The notes beneath the pieces were generated by a model. It worked only from the letters and a program-made list of their open reading frames with translations. It searched no databases and was not told where the DNA came from. A program made the position numbers and the translations under genes. A DNA stretch of 64,000 nucleotides from an uncultured Chloroflexia bacterium (lineage in GTDB: Bacteria > Chloroflexota > Limnocylindria > Limnocylindrales > CSP1-4), in contig CAWHYQ010000001.1 of the NCBI GenBank assembly GCA_963833705.1, forward strand, positions 249,525 through 313,524. The letters are read 5' to 3'. This document shows, piece by piece, positions 1 through 10,789 of the stretch. Each line of letters opens with the position of its first letter. Position 1 is the stretch's first letter.

Positions 1-223
1 CACGCAGGTGCCCGACATCGGTGATGTTCTTGACGTGGAAGACGTCGATGCCGTGGTAGAGCAGCGTGCGTCGGATGAGGTCGGCGAGGAGATTGCTGCG
101 CAGATTGCCGACGTGCGCGTAGCGGTAGACGGTCGGGCCGCAGGTGTACATCCGGACCCGGCCGGGCTCGAGGACGTCCACGGGATCGACCCGGCGGGTG
201 AGGGTATTGCGCAGGCTGAGCAT
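1..223 (-). CDS. cysS: Class I aminoacyl-tRNA synthetase N-terminus (cysteinyl-tRNA synthetase / MshC-like), partial; continues beyond window start
   Basis: Minus-strand translation from ATG (223..221) reads [73 protein letters not shown]. It carries the CysRS-type 'CGPTVY..H.GN' HIGH region and KNITD motif, with a GGAG ~9 nt upstream. Not in the ORF track because it has no stop inside the window. Confidence 0.55.
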   Translation of the reverse strand, partial: MLSLRNTLTRRVDPVDVLEPGRVRMYTCGPTVYRYAHVGNLRSNLLADLIRRTLLYHGIDVFHVKNITDVGHLR

Positions 224-487
224 GGTTCGGTCACTCCCCGATGGCGCTTCATGCTACCCGCGGGTGGCCGGCACCGCCGACGTGGGCTTCCCGGCGGACC
301 GCCCCTAACGTTCCCGATGTGACCTCGTTATCCCAGCAGAGGCCTTGCGGTCCTGTCCATCGTTCCCCCGGCGGTGTGGATTCGCAAGGCCTCATGCCAT
401 GCCCCCCGGCCACCTCCGACCGCGCGGGCAGGGCGGCCCGGACACCCCCGCAGGGCCGTTCGGCCGGTCGCCCGTATACTCCGCGCG

Positions 488-2047
488 ATGCGTCGCCCGA
501 TCCTGCTCCTCGTCGTGTTCGCGACGCTGCTCGCCTCGTGCGGCGGGTCGTCGGCCGCGTCGGGAGACCGTCCGGTCCTGATCCTGGCCGGCGAGCCCAC
601 GACGCTCGACCCGGCGGCGCAGGGGGATGCCAGCAGTGCCGCGATCACCGCGCAGCTGTTCGAGTCGCTGACGACCTTCGACGCGGATCTCCAGCTTCGC
701 CCGGCCCTCGCCGAGTCGTGGACCTTCGCGGACGGCGGTCGGCAGGTCACGTTCCATCTGCGGCCGAACCTCGCCTTCTCCGACGGTTCCCCGCTGCGGC
801 CGTCCGACGTCGTTCGGAGCTGGCTGCGGCTGATCGACCCGGCCCATCCGTCGCCGCTGTCGTCCCTCGTGCTCGACGTGACCGGCGCTGCCGCGTATCT
901 CCATGGCGATTCATCGGATCCGGCGTCGGTCGGGATGCACGCGAACGACGCCGCGAACGATCTCGTCGTGGACCTCGTCCGACCGGCCACGGACTTCGTC
1001 AACATCGTGGCCGGTCCGTCGTTCGGGATCGTCCCGCCCGGGGTGACCGCGGGGACCACGCCAGCGGCCGGCCCGGGGTTCGTCGCGAGCGGCGGCTACA
1101 CCCTGTCCGGATCGTCCGCGACCGGGATGACCCTGAAGGCAAACCCGCATTACTGGGCCGGGACGCCCGCGGTCGGCACGATCCAGCTCGTCAGTGACCT
1201 GAATGGCGGCAGCCCGGTGGAAGCGTTCGAGGCCGGCAGTCTGGACTACACCGGGGTGAGCAGCATCGATGCGTCGTGGATCGCATACGACGCCGCGCTT
1301 GGTCCGCAGCTCCTGCAGGTCGGCTCGTTGTCGACGCAGTACTACGGGTTCGATACGACCCGGGCGCCGTTCGACGACGCCCGGGTGCGCAAGGCGTTCG
1401 GCGAGGCAGTCGACTGGCGACGCATCGCCGAATTGGCGGGCTCCGACGGTTCCGAGCAGGTCGCGACGTCGATGGTCCCGCCCGGCATCCCCGGCAGGAG
1501 CGAGACCGACTTCCTGCCGAAGCATGACCCCGCGGATGCCCGGGCGCTCCTCGCCGCGTCCGGGTTCGCCGACGGCAAGGGCTTCCCGACGACCGTGATG
1601 CTGACCTTCGGCGGCGGGTTCGATGAGGCCATCGTCGATGAGCTCAAGCGTGAATTGAACGTCACGATCCAGTCAGAGACGATGGGTGACGGGTACTTCG
1701 CGCGGCTGTCCGCGGAACCGCCCCAGATGTGGTCACTCGGCTGGGTGGCCGACTACCCGGGGCGTAACGACTTCCTGGGCGTGCTGTTGAGCACGGGCGC
1801 ATCCAACAACTACGGCCACTGGAGTTCACCGGCCTTCGACAAGGCGATCGCGGATGCTGTCGGGGCCTCCGACCCCGCGGTCGCGGCGGCCGCCTTCGAC
1901 CGGGCTGAGGCGGTCGTCCGCGACGAGGTCCCGGTCGTGCCCCTCGCCTACGGTCCAGGGTGGGCGTTGTCGCGCAAGGGGTTGCTCGGGGCGGGGCAGA
2001 GCGGGCTCGGCATCCTGCGCATGGCGGGGCTGTCATGGGCCGGTTGA
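488..2047 (+). CDS. ABC transporter substrate-binding protein, family 5 (peptide/nickel type), lipoprotein
   Basis: MRRPILLLVVFATLLASCGG signal peptide with lipobox. SBP_bac_5-like body (LILAGEPTTLDPAAQGD..., YTLSG..LKANPHYW). Start chosen at the internal ATG 488 of the 557-aa ORF. Confidence 0.8.
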   Translation: MRRPILLLVVFATLLASCGGSSAASGDRPVLILAGEPTTLDPAAQGDASSAAITAQLFESLTTFDADLQLRPALAESWTFADGGRQVTFHLRPNLAFSDGSPLRPSDVVRSWLRLIDPAHPSPLSSLVLDVTGAAAYLHGDSSDPASVGMHANDAANDLVVDLVRPATDFVNIVAGPSFGIVPPGVTAGTTPAAGPGFVASGGYTLSGSSATGMTLKANPHYWAGTPAVGTIQLVSDLNGGSPVEAFEAGSLDYTGVSSIDASWIAYDAALGPQLLQVGSLSTQYYGFDTTRAPFDDARVRKAFGEAVDWRRIAELAGSDGSEQVATSMVPPGIPGRSETDFLPKHDPADARALLAASGFADGKGFPTTVMLTFGGGFDEAIVDELKRELNVTIQSETMGDGYFARLSAEPPQMWSLGWVADYPGRNDFLGVLLSTGASNNYGHWSSPAFDKAIADAVGASDPAVAAAAFDRAEAVVRDEVPVVPLAYGPGWALSRKGLLGAGQSGLGILRMAGLSWAG

Positions 2048-3420
2048 GCCGTCGCCTCTTGTCGGTCGTGGCGGTCGCCGGGTTGCTGGCGAGCCTGGCG
2101 CCAGCCGTGTCGGCCGCGAGCTGGGCCGACTTCGGGACGCCGACGGCGCAGACCTCGTTCAAGACAGGCGTGCTGTTCAGCCAGCCGGTCACGACCTCCA
2201 AGGCCCTGGCTCGCGTGGAACTCCTGCTCACGTTCGCCGACGCGCTCGGCCCGACGGTCATCACGCTCCCGGCCCCAGGCTCGTCTGGCGCCACGACCCT
2301 GACCCACCAGCTCGATCCGGTGAAGGACGGCCATCTCCTGCCGAACACGCCGATCGTCGCCCGCTGGCGGCTCGTCGCCGCCGACGATCACGCCGATGTC
2401 GAGGTCGGACCGGAGCTGCGCGTGGTGTATGCGGATGAACGGTTCGACTGGAAGACCGAATTGGGAGACATCGTCCGCGTCCACTGGTATGACGGTTCCG
2501 ACGCCTTCGGAAAGCGCGCCCTCAGGATCGGCGAGGACGGCATCGCCGAGGCCTCCAAGCTCCTTGGCGTCACCGAGACGAAGCCCGTGGACTTCTACAT
2601 CTATGCCGACCAGAGCGCCTTCTACGACGCGCTCGGACCGGGGACCCGTGAGAACGTCGGTGGCCAGGCGAACGCCGGGATCCGGACGCTGTTCGCGCTC
2701 ATCCCGCCGGACCAGATCGACGACCCGTGGGTGGGCATCGTCATCCCGCACGAACTGACACACCTCGTGTTCAACACGGCCGCCGCGAACCCGTACCACT
2801 TCCCGCCACGCTGGCTGAACGAGGGCCTCGCGGTCTACTTGAGCCAGGGCTATGACAGCGGCGATCGAGGCCAGGTGGCGGACGGTGCGAAGAACGGGAC
2901 GCTGATCCCGCTCGATGGCCTGACAGGGCAGTTCCCGACCACCGGGGACCGGTTCTCGCTAGCGTACGCCGAGAGCGTGTCCGCGGTGGACTACCTCATC
3001 CGGACGTATAGCACCGACGCCCTCGTCAAGATGATCCGGTCATATGCGGACGGGCGGACCGACGACGAGGCCTTCACTGCTGCGCTTGGCCAGGACATGA
3101 CCGCGTTCGGGGCCGCCTGGTTGGCCGATGTGCACGCCAGGGCGCCGACCAAGTTCGGACCGCAGCCGGCCGTCCCGGGTCCGGTGCCTGCGGCCTGGGC
3201 GGGGAGCGGCGCACCCGCCACGGCGGCCCCGGCAGCTCCGACCGGCCACCCGGGATCCACCGCCCCGGTCGTGGCGACGCCGACCGCGCCCGCACCGACG
3301 GCGTCGAGCGACGACGCCGTCGGTTGGCTCGCCCCGTTGCTGGTGCTGGCGGCCGTCACCCTCGTGATCGGCCTCATCGTTGCGCGCTCGCGGAGCCGGG
3401 CCTCCGCGAAGCCGGAATGA
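2035..3420 (+). CDS. Secreted/membrane-anchored zinc metallopeptidase, Peptidase_MA_2-like (HExxH...E)
   Basis: Signal peptide MGRLSRRLLSVVAVAGLLASLAPAVSA. HELTHLVFN...WLNEGLAVYLSQG gluzincin motif. A Pro/Ala-rich linker and a C-terminal TM helix (LLVLAAVTLVIGLIV). 13-nt overlap with the upstream gene. Confidence 0.6.
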   Translation: MGRLSRRLLSVVAVAGLLASLAPAVSAASWADFGTPTAQTSFKTGVLFSQPVTTSKALARVELLLTFADALGPTVITLPAPGSSGATTLTHQLDPVKDGHLLPNTPIVARWRLVAADDHADVEVGPELRVVYADERFDWKTELGDIVRVHWYDGSDAFGKRALRIGEDGIAEASKLLGVTETKPVDFYIYADQSAFYDALGPGTRENVGGQANAGIRTLFALIPPDQIDDPWVGIVIPHELTHLVFNTAAANPYHFPPRWLNEGLAVYLSQGYDSGDRGQVADGAKNGTLIPLDGLTGQFPTTGDRFSLAYAESVSAVDYLIRTYSTDALVKMIRSYADGRTDDEAFTAALGQDMTAFGAAWLADVHARAPTKFGPQPAVPGPVPAAWAGSGAPATAAPAAPTGHPGSTAPVVATPTAPAPTASSDDAVGWLAPLLVLAAVTLVIGLIVARSRSRASAKPE

Positions 3421-4221
3421 CCGCCGTCGGGCGGCTGCGTGCCATCCCGAGCTGGCAGATCACGCTGGGTGCAGCGCTGCTCGCGCTGGGCTTCCTCATC
3501 GCGGCGCAGGCCGCCTCGGAACACCCGCGCGTTCGTTACACGACCCAGGAGCGGACGCCGCTGCTCGAGACGACCGGCGAGTTGCAGACGCAGCAGGATG
3601 CGCTCAAGGCCCGCATCCTCGGCTACCGGGACCAGATCCAGGAGATCGAGGGTCAGGGTGCGGGATCGGCGGACCTCGTCAGGCAGCTCAACGCCGATCT
3701 CGAGAAGGCCAGGATCGCGGCCGGTCTGATCCCGCTCACCGGGACGGGCATCGTCCTGCAGCTCGAGGATTCGCAGGAACCCGTCCCGCCCGACGGCAGC
3801 GCGTCGGACTATCTCGTCGGCTCGCGCGACATCCGAGCGGTCGTCGAGCAGCTCTGGTCGGTCGGGGCGGAGGCGATCGCCGTCAACGGTGAACGCATCA
3901 CGACCACGACCGCGATCATCGACGTCGGCCCGTCCGTCCTGGTCAACTCGTCGTACCAGGCGCCGCCGTACCAGGTCACCGCGCTCGGACCGCCGGAGCT
4001 GTACCAGCGGCTCAGCGCCGCCCCAGGATTTCGTGGATTTCCTGCGGGCTCGTGCCGAAGCCTACGGGATACGGGTGTCGTTCGCCGAGCCCGCATCGGT
4101 CGACATGCCCGCGTTCATCGGCACGGTGACGCTGCGCTACTCGCGACCCGTGTCGTCTGCCGCGCCGTCGCCCGGCGAGACCGGCGCCCCCTCGGCGCCC
4201 CCCGTCAGTCCGGGGAGATGA
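3417..4221 (+). CDS. DUF881 family protein (YlxW/YlxX-like, cell-division associated) with an apparent +1 frameshift near 4020-4030
   Basis: N-terminal TM helix then DUF881-like body (LQLEDS..DYLVGSRDIRAVVEQLWSVGAEAIAVNGERI...YQVTALGPPELYQRLSAAPG) in frame 0. A conserved-looking C-terminus (QDFVDFLRARAEAYGIRVSFAEPASVDMPAFIGTVTLRYS) continues in frame +1 and ends at TGA 4219-4221, overlapping the next ATG (ATGA coupling). Frame 0 itself has no stop until 4898. Confidence 0.5.
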
Positions 4222-4898
4222 CGATGCACCGGTTGCGCAGCCAGGTCACGATCGCCGCCGTCGCGTTCGTCCTCGGGTTGCTGGTCGTCGTGCAGGCCCG
4301 CTCCCAGGCGGGCGACACGGGTCTCGCCCAGCTGTCGGCACAGGACCTGACCGTGCTGGTCGCCAACCTCAACGCGCGCAACGATCAACTGAGGACAGAC
4401 GCGTCATCCCTGGAAAGCGAACTGGCGACACTGACCCAGAACCGGGCGCGCGGCGACGCCTCCGTCGACGAGATCACGGCGGACCTGCGACGTGTCCGCG
4501 CGTACGCCGGGCTCGACCCCGTCGGCGGTCCGGGTGTGGCCATCTCGGTCAGCGGCCCGATCGACGGCCCCGGCGTTGGAGAACTCATCAATGAGCTGCG
4601 CAACGCCGGCGCCGAGGCGATCGCGGTCGATGGCGCCCGCGTCGTGACGGGCGTCGTGGTGTCCGGCGGCGCGGGGGAGGCGGGGGTCGATGGGTCGAGA
4701 CTGCCGGACGTCTTCGAGTTGGCGGCCATCGGCGCGCCCGACAAGCTGACCGGCTCGTTGACCCGATCCGGTGGGGTCATCGCCCAGCTGGCGGCCACCC
4801 AACCGAAGGTCACGGTCACGGTGACCCCGGTGGACCGGTTGCAGTTGGCCGCGACGACGAGGGTCCTCGTGCCCGCCCACGGTCACCCGCGCCTTTGA
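4218..4898 (+). CDS. DUF881 family protein (second paralog)
   Basis: MTMHRLRSQVTIAAVAFVLGLLVVVQA TM helix. Coiled-coil segment and DUF881-like C-terminal domain (GPGVAISVSGP...AGAEAIAVDGARVV). ATGA overlap with the upstream gene. Confidence 0.7.
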   Translation: MTMHRLRSQVTIAAVAFVLGLLVVVQARSQAGDTGLAQLSAQDLTVLVANLNARNDQLRTDASSLESELATLTQNRARGDASVDEITADLRRVRAYAGLDPVGGPGVAISVSGPIDGPGVGELINELRNAGAEAIAVDGARVVTGVVVSGGAGEAGVDGSRLPDVFELAAIGAPDKLTGSLTRSGGVIAQLAATQPKVTVTVTPVDRLQLAATTRVLVPAHGHPRL

Positions 4899-4913
4899 TA
4901 CCCTGACGCGCCG

Positions 4914-5165
4914 ATGCCTTCCCAGCCTGTCCTCTCGTTGTTCCTGGGCGATGTCGTTCGCCTTCGGCGATCGCACCCCTGCGGCGGTGATACCTGGCTG
5001 GTGGACCGTCTCGGCGCCGACATCGGGTTGCGCTGCCGCACGTGCGGACGCCATGTCCTGCTCGATCGGCCCGTCCTCGAGCGCCGTCTGGTCGGGTTCG
5101 TCGAGCGGGGGGATCCGACGGTCACCGCGGCGCTCGCGCCCGTCGCGGACGGTCCGACGGCGTGA
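4914..5165 (+). CDS. DUF951 family small protein (CxxC-containing)
   Basis: LGDVVRLRRSHPCGGDTWLVDRLGADIGLRCRTCGRHVLLDR matches the DUF951 pattern (GD.V..K..HPCG..W.V.R.GADI...C..CGH). Confidence 0.6.
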   Translation: MPSQPVLSLFLGDVVRLRRSHPCGGDTWLVDRLGADIGLRCRTCGRHVLLDRPVLERRLVGFVERGDPTVTAALAPVADGPTA

Positions 5166-6739
5166 CGCAGGAGTACGCGAACCCCGAACCGGCGATCCTC
5201 GAGTCCTCGACCCCGGAACCTCCGGAACCGGCGGACGTGCCGGACGCGCCCGAGGCGCCCGAGGCGACGGGGTCCGGCGCGCTCGCGGTCTTCCGCAACG
5301 GCGGCTTCCTCCGTCTCTGGCTGTCGCAGGCATCGACCCAGATCGGCGGGAACATGGTCCTCTTCGGGCTGACCGTCATCGTCAGCACGACCAGCTCGCG
5401 GACCGCCGTCAGCCTGCTCATCCTGAGTTTCCTCGTGCCGGCCGTGCTGTTCTCCGCGGTGGCCGGCGTCTACGTCGATCGGATCGACCGCCGGATCATC
5501 CTCATCCTCACGAACATCCTGCGCGGGGCCGCCTTCGTCGCCCTGTATCTCGTCGGGACGAACCTCGGGCTGATCCTCTTGCTCAACGTGTCGATCTCGA
5601 CGATCACCGTCTTCTTCGCGCCGGCGGAGTTGGCGATGATCCCGGTCCTGGTCCCACGAAGACAGTTGCTGGCCGCGAACGGCATCTTCACGCTGACGCT
5701 GAACGCGGCGTTCGCGCTCGGGTTCGCCCTGCTCGGGCCGCTGGTGGTCAAGGTCGCCGGCGCGGAGGCGGTCATCGTCGTCGTGGCGGGCCTCTATTTT
5801 CTCGCGGCGATCTTCTGCGTGACGCTGCCGGCATCGCCGCCGCCGCCCTCGACCGAGGAGGATCCACATTCGGGTCTCGGGGTGGGGGACGCGGAGCGGG
5901 CCGTCGGTTCGACCCTGGGTCAGCTGCGCGAAGGGTTCGCGTTCATCCGCGGCCATCGCTCCATCACCTGGTCGCTGATCTACCTCGCCATCACCGCGTC
6001 GCTCGTCGGCGTCCTGGGCGTCCTCGGGCCGAGCTTCGCGCAGGAGACCCTCGGCCTGAAGGCGGAGGACTTCGCCGTCGTGGTCCTGCCCCTCGGCTTC
6101 GGCATCGTGACCGGGATCCTGCTGCTCAACTCGTACGGCCGGTACTTCCCACGTCGACGCGTGATGGAGGGGGCCATGATCGCCCTCGGGATCATGCTCG
6201 CCCTGCTGTCGGCGGCGGGACCCATCAGCCGCCTGCTCCAGCGCGCGGACGCCCCGGGCGGGCTCGACCTGTCGGGCGTCACGTCGTTGCTGGCGGTGGT
6301 CGTGGTGATCGCCTTCTTCGCCGGGATCGCGTACGGGCTGGTGGCCATCCCGGCGCAGACCCAGCTCATGGAGGACCTCCCCGAGGAGACCCGCGGCCGC
6401 GTGTTCGGCGTCCTTGGGATGCTCGTGTCGGTCGCGAGCTTCCTGCCGATCATCATCGTCGGCCCGATCTCGGACTGGATCGGAACGACGGCCGTCATCT
6501 TCGTGATGGCCATCGGCGTGCTCGTGGTAGGGGTCATCTCGGTCCTGACGCGTGGACCGTTGGGCGCCGACGCGCGGCCGGCGGCCGACCCGAACGCCGT
6601 GGACCCGATCGCGTCGGCCCTCGGCGCGGACCGACCGACCTGGAGCGAGCCCGAGACGCCGGCGAAGGCCGCACCCGTCGAGGCGCCGCCAGTGGCCGTC
6701 GCCCACGCCGGGCCGTCCGACCCGACCGACCGCGACTGA
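5162..6739 (+). CDS. MFS transporter
   Basis: About 12 predicted TM helices with an MFS-like layout (FLRLWLSQASTQIGGNM..., DRIDRRIIL). GTG 5162 start overlaps the DUF951 stop (GTGA). The N-terminal acidic/Pro tail makes the start uncertain. Confidence 0.7.
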   Translation: MTQEYANPEPAILESSTPEPPEPADVPDAPEAPEATGSGALAVFRNGGFLRLWLSQASTQIGGNMVLFGLTVIVSTTSSRTAVSLLILSFLVPAVLFSAVAGVYVDRIDRRIILILTNILRGAAFVALYLVGTNLGLILLLNVSISTITVFFAPAELAMIPVLVPRRQLLAANGIFTLTLNAAFALGFALLGPLVVKVAGAEAVIVVVAGLYFLAAIFCVTLPASPPPPSTEEDPHSGLGVGDAERAVGSTLGQLREGFAFIRGHRSITWSLIYLAITASLVGVLGVLGPSFAQETLGLKAEDFAVVVLPLGFGIVTGILLLNSYGRYFPRRRVMEGAMIALGIMLALLSAAGPISRLLQRADAPGGLDLSGVTSLLAVVVVIAFFAGIAYGLVAIPAQTQLMEDLPEETRGRVFGVLGMLVSVASFLPIIIVGPISDWIGTTAVIFVMAIGVLVVGVISVLTRGPLGADARPAADPNAVDPIASALGADRPTWSEPETPAKAAPVEAPPVAVAHAGPSDPTDRD

Positions 6740-6747
6740 CCGGCCAT

Positions 6748-7731
6748 ATGGCGCGCGTCGCCGTCGTGTTCACCGGCGGCACCATCAGCACCGCCTATGA
6801 CCCGGCCGCGGGTGGTCACGTCCCGACTCTCGATGGGGCCGCGATCCTGGCCCGGACCCCGGGGTTGGAGTCGATCGCCGACGTCGTCACCATCGACCGG
6901 GGGCGCACGCCCGCCAGCCATTTCACGTTCCCGCACCTGCTCGAGCTCGCGGCCGTCCTGCGCGAGGCACTGGCCGACCCCACCGTCGATGGCGCCGTCG
7001 TCGTCCAGGGCACCGACACGATCGAGGAGACGAGCTTCTGCTGGGACCTGGTCCTGGACGGCCCGAAACCCGTCGTCGTCACGGGGGCGATGCGCGCGTC
7101 GGACGCCCCGGGATTCGACGGGCCGGCGAACCTGCGCGATGCCGTCCGCGTCGCGGCGTCGTCCTCGATGCGCGACAGTGGCGTGACCGTCTGCCTGGCC
7201 GGCAGCATCGAACCCGCGGACGACGTCCTCAAGACCCATGCGTCGGCGCTCGACACCTTCCGCAGCCCGAACGGCGGATCGCTCGGGCGGGTCGACGCCG
7301 AGGGCGTGACCGTGTTCCGGTTCCGCGCGGCTCGACGCCACGTCGTCGCGAGCCGGGCGGCCGAGCGGGTCCACCTCATCACCGCGACCGTGGCGATGGA
7401 CGGTGCCCTGCTGGATGCGGCCATCGGTGTCGGCGCCGATGGGATCGTGGTCGCCGCAACCGGCGCCGGCAACACGGACGCGAGGTTGCTCGCCGCCGCG
7501 GAACGAGCGATGGCGGCCGGCATCCCGGTCGCGTTGGCCTCCCGCTGCCCGGCCGGCCGGGCCACGGCCGGGTACGCGTTCCCCGGCGGTGGCGCCACCT
7601 GGGTCCGCGCAGGAGCGCTTCCGGTCGGTCATCTCTGCGCGCCCAAGGCCCGGGTGGCACTGGCCCTCGGCCTGGGTGCCGGCCTCGACCGCGACGGCCT
7701 GATCGGACTGTTGGCCGACCCGCTACCCTGA
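6748..7731 (+). CDS. ansA: L-asparaginase (type I/II family)
   Basis: VAVVFTGGTIS..., VVVQGTDTIEETSF and VVVTGAMRASD motifs typical of the asparaginase/glutaminase family. This is the in-frame C-terminal part of a long spurious ORF. Confidence 0.85.
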   Translation: MARVAVVFTGGTISTAYDPAAGGHVPTLDGAAILARTPGLESIADVVTIDRGRTPASHFTFPHLLELAAVLREALADPTVDGAVVVQGTDTIEETSFCWDLVLDGPKPVVVTGAMRASDAPGFDGPANLRDAVRVAASSSMRDSGVTVCLAGSIEPADDVLKTHASALDTFRSPNGGSLGRVDAEGVTVFRFRAARRHVVASRAAERVHLITATVAMDGALLDAAIGVGADGIVVAATGAGNTDARLLAAAERAMAAGIPVALASRCPAGRATAGYAFPGGGATWVRAGALPVGHLCAPKARVALALGLGAGLDRDGLIGLLADPLP

Positions 7732-7735
7732 CCCG

Positions 7736-9384
7736 ATGCCGCTCGACACCCTCATCACGGGCCGCATCGCCACGCTGGCCGGGGACGCCGGCTTCGGCTG
7801 GGTGGAGGCGATCGGGATCCGCGACGGCCGGGTGGCGTTTGCCGGATCAGAGGTGTTCCTGGAGACCCGGGCCGACCCCTTCACGGAGCGGATCACCCTC
7901 GAGCCGGATGAGGTCGCCGTCCCCGGATTGACCGATTCGCACCTGCATCTCGCGGGTGCGGCCCTGGCGGCGCACATGGTGGACCTGTCCGATGCGCCGA
8001 CCCTCGAAGAGGGACTGGGCCGGATCGGCCGCGCCCATGGGTCATTGACCGACGGCGACACATGGCTGGTCGGCCATGGCTGGGATTCCGATCGCTGGGG
8101 CCGGTGGCCGACCGCCGCGGACCTCGAGACCGCCGCGCCGGGTCGCCGCAGCGCGATGTGGGCGCACGATCATCACGCCCTCTGGGCAAGCCTGTCGGCG
8201 CTCAGGACCGCCGGGATCGATCGGCAGACCCCGATCCGCCCGGTGGCGTCATCCGGCGCGACGCCGACGATGAGCCGGACGGCGTCCTGTACGAGGCCGC
8301 CGCGGGGCTCGTCACGGACCGGCTCCCGACACCGACTGTCGCCGAGCTCGAGGCAGCGCTGATCGCGACGGCGAATGACGTCCTCGCCCTCGGGGTGGTC
8401 GCCGTCCACGATCCCGGCGGGCTGGTCCGGGACCCCGATCTCGCCTGGTCGTATCCGGCGTATGCCCACCTGTCCGAGACGGGACGGCTGCCGCTACGCG
8501 TTTGGGCCTCATTGCGCGAAGAGGCGCTCGACACCGCATTGGCCGGCGGGCTGCGCAGCGGCGCCGTGCTCGGCGCGAATCCCGATGGTCGCGCGCGCGT
8601 CGGGTGGCAGAAACTGTTCGCGGACGGATCGCTGGGTTCGCGGACCGCCGCGCTGCTCGAAGACATCGACCCGGAGGTGGACCGCCCGCTTCCGCCCGAC
8701 CGACGTCGTGGGGTCTGGGTCACCGAACCCGAGCGACTGTCGGAACTCGCCGAACGCGCGGCCACCGGTGGCATCTCGACGCAGATCCATGCCATCGGCG
8801 ACGCGGCGGTGCGCGCGGCGCTCGATGTGCTGTCCCCGACCGCCGCGCGAGTCCCGTTCATGCCCCGCCTGGAGCACGTCCAGCTGCTCGATCCGGCCGA
8901 CCGGGGGACCTTCGCGGCGGCGGGGGTCGCGGCGAGCGTCCAGCCCGTGCATCTCGGTTCGGACGCCGCAACGGCGCGTCGGACGTGGGGGGCCCGAGCC
9001 GAAGGCCATGGGTATACGTGGGCGTCCATCGCGGCGACGGGTGCGGTCATCGCGTTCGGCACCGATGCGCCCGTCGAGTCCTTCGACCCGTGGCCAGGGA
9101 TCGCGTTGGCCGTCTGTCGCCGGGATGCGCGCTGGCCCGCCGGGACGCCCCCGTACGGACCGCACGAAGCGCTCCGGCTGGACCGCGCGCTGCGTGCGGC
9201 CTGCGTGGACCCCGCGCTGTCGGCCCGCGAGACCGATCGCGGCCGCCTCACGGTCGGTCAACGGGCGGATATCGCGGTCATCCCGGCCGCCGCTCTCCGC
9301 GAACCGGTCGAACCGGGCGGCGCACTCGCCACGTGTCGCCCGACCCTCGTACTGCTCGACGGGCGGGTCGTCTTCGAGGCCTGA
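7736..9384 (+). CDS. Amidohydrolase family 3 (YtcJ-like metal-dependent hydrolase) with an apparent frameshift near 8225-8235
   Basis: N-terminus (ITGRIATL..GIRDGRVAFAG, TDSHLHL) lies in one frame up to ...LRTAGIDRQTP. The continuation (DPPGGVIRRDADDEPDGVLYEAA...HAIGDAAV...FGTDAPV...) lies in the adjacent frame. The junction is in a CCCC homopolymer. Confidence 0.65.
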
Positions 9385-9399
9385 GGCCCGGCCTACGGC

Positions 9400-10789
9400 C
9401 TACGGCGCCTGCCGGTCCAACTCGCGGCGTGCGTCGGCGAACAGGCCGTTGAAGATGCGTGACGTCGACGGGAAGGCATGGATGGTCTCGGCCAGGACGT
9501 CGATCGGGACGTGTGCCTTGATGGCCAGCACGCATTCGTGGATGGCCGCCGACGCGTCCGGGCAGGCCATCGCGGCCCCGACCAGCTCGCGCGGTCGCCC
9601 GATCCACCACGATCGTGACGTGGCCGGACTTCGCCTGGACGGCGTAGCCCTTGCTGCTCGTCGCGAAGTCGGCGACCAGCTCGAAGGCGTCGAGGCCGGC
9701 CTCGCGCGCACCATCCAGGGTGAGCCCGACCGACGACGCCTCGGGATCCGTGTAGGTCGCGCGTGGCAGCGCCCGATAGTCGGGCGCGACCGCCTCGCCG
9801 AGCGCCATCCGCACCGCGAGCTCGCCCTGGTAGTGGGCCTGGTGCGTGTGGAGTTCGGGCCCCGCCGGGTCGCCGATGACCCACAGGCCATCGGCGATGT
9901 GGAGGCGGCCGTCGCGCGGGAACGGGGTCCGCCCGCTCGTGTCGATGCCGTAGTGCTCGAGCCCCAGGTCATCGAGCGGGAACTCGCGCCCGACCGCGAG
10001 GAGGACCGCGTGCCCCTGCGCGGTCGAACCGTCGTCGAGATCGATCAGGTGGGCGCCGTCCGTCCCGGCACCGGCACGTGCTCGCAGCGCTCGGACGCCG
10101 GTCCGGACGACGACCCCGTCGCGTTCGAGGGCCCCCCGGATCACCTCCGAGTTGCGGGGGTGATCGGTCGGGGCGAGTCGCGGGCCGGACTGGACGATCG
10201 TGGTCGGGACGCCGAACCGAACGTAGACCTGGGCCAGCTCGCAGCCGGTCGGCCCGCCACCCAGCACCAGCAGGCTCTTCGGCAGCTCGCGGGCGAGGGT
10301 CGCGTCGCGATTGGTCCAGGTCGGGACGTCGGCGATGCCCTCGATCGGCGGCTTCTTCGAGCCCGATCCGACGGCGACGACGACGTTCGTGGCGTCGAGG
10401 TCGTGCACGACGTCCTCGTGACGGACCGAGACACGACCGACGTCGACGATGGTTGCGTTCCCCCGGTAGACCACGGCGCCCGCATCGGTCAGGCCGCGGA
10501 CGTGGGTGGTGTCGTCCGGTTCGGCCGCTCCAGCCGGACGATTGATCATGAAATCGCGCTGGGCGGACGCGTCGGCCCACGAATAGGTCGCCGGGTTCGC
10601 GGCGTGTCGCGCCGCGCCGTCGAGCAGCGACTTCGAGGGCAGGCAACCGATATGCGGGCAGCTCCCGCCGAACCACCGTCGATCGACGACGGCCACCGTG
10701 GCACCCAGTTCGCGCGCCTTGTAGCTCGCCGCCTCGCCGGCCGGCCCCGCGCCGATGACGAGGAAGTCGTAGCGCTCCATGGTGGTCAC
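9400..10789 (-). CDS. FAD-dependent pyridine nucleotide-disulfide oxidoreductase (dihydrolipoyl dehydrogenase / MerA-like class I) with an apparent frameshift near 9600
   Basis: MERYDFLVIGAGPAGEAA...GGSCPHIGCLPSK redox-active CxxxxC and NAD-binding GGGPTG. The conserved dimerisation-domain C-terminus (RELVGAAMACPDASAAIHECVLAIKAHVPIDVLAETIHAFPSTSRIFNGLF) is in a different frame (ORF 9400..9972). Confidence 0.65.

Noticed and set aside
8-322. 104-aa plus-strand ORF at the window start
   Set aside because: Lies antisense to the much better supported minus-strand cysS-like N-terminus (HIGH/KNITD motifs). Acidic, low-complexity composition.
4883-7731. Very long ORFs 4951..7731(+), 4883..6706(-), 5980..7632(-)
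   Set aside because: They are Arg/Gly/Pro-rich low-complexity translations overlapping the MFS transporter and asparaginase in other frames or strands, typical high-GC spurious ORFs. Only the in-frame C-terminal asparaginase segment of 4951..7731 is real.
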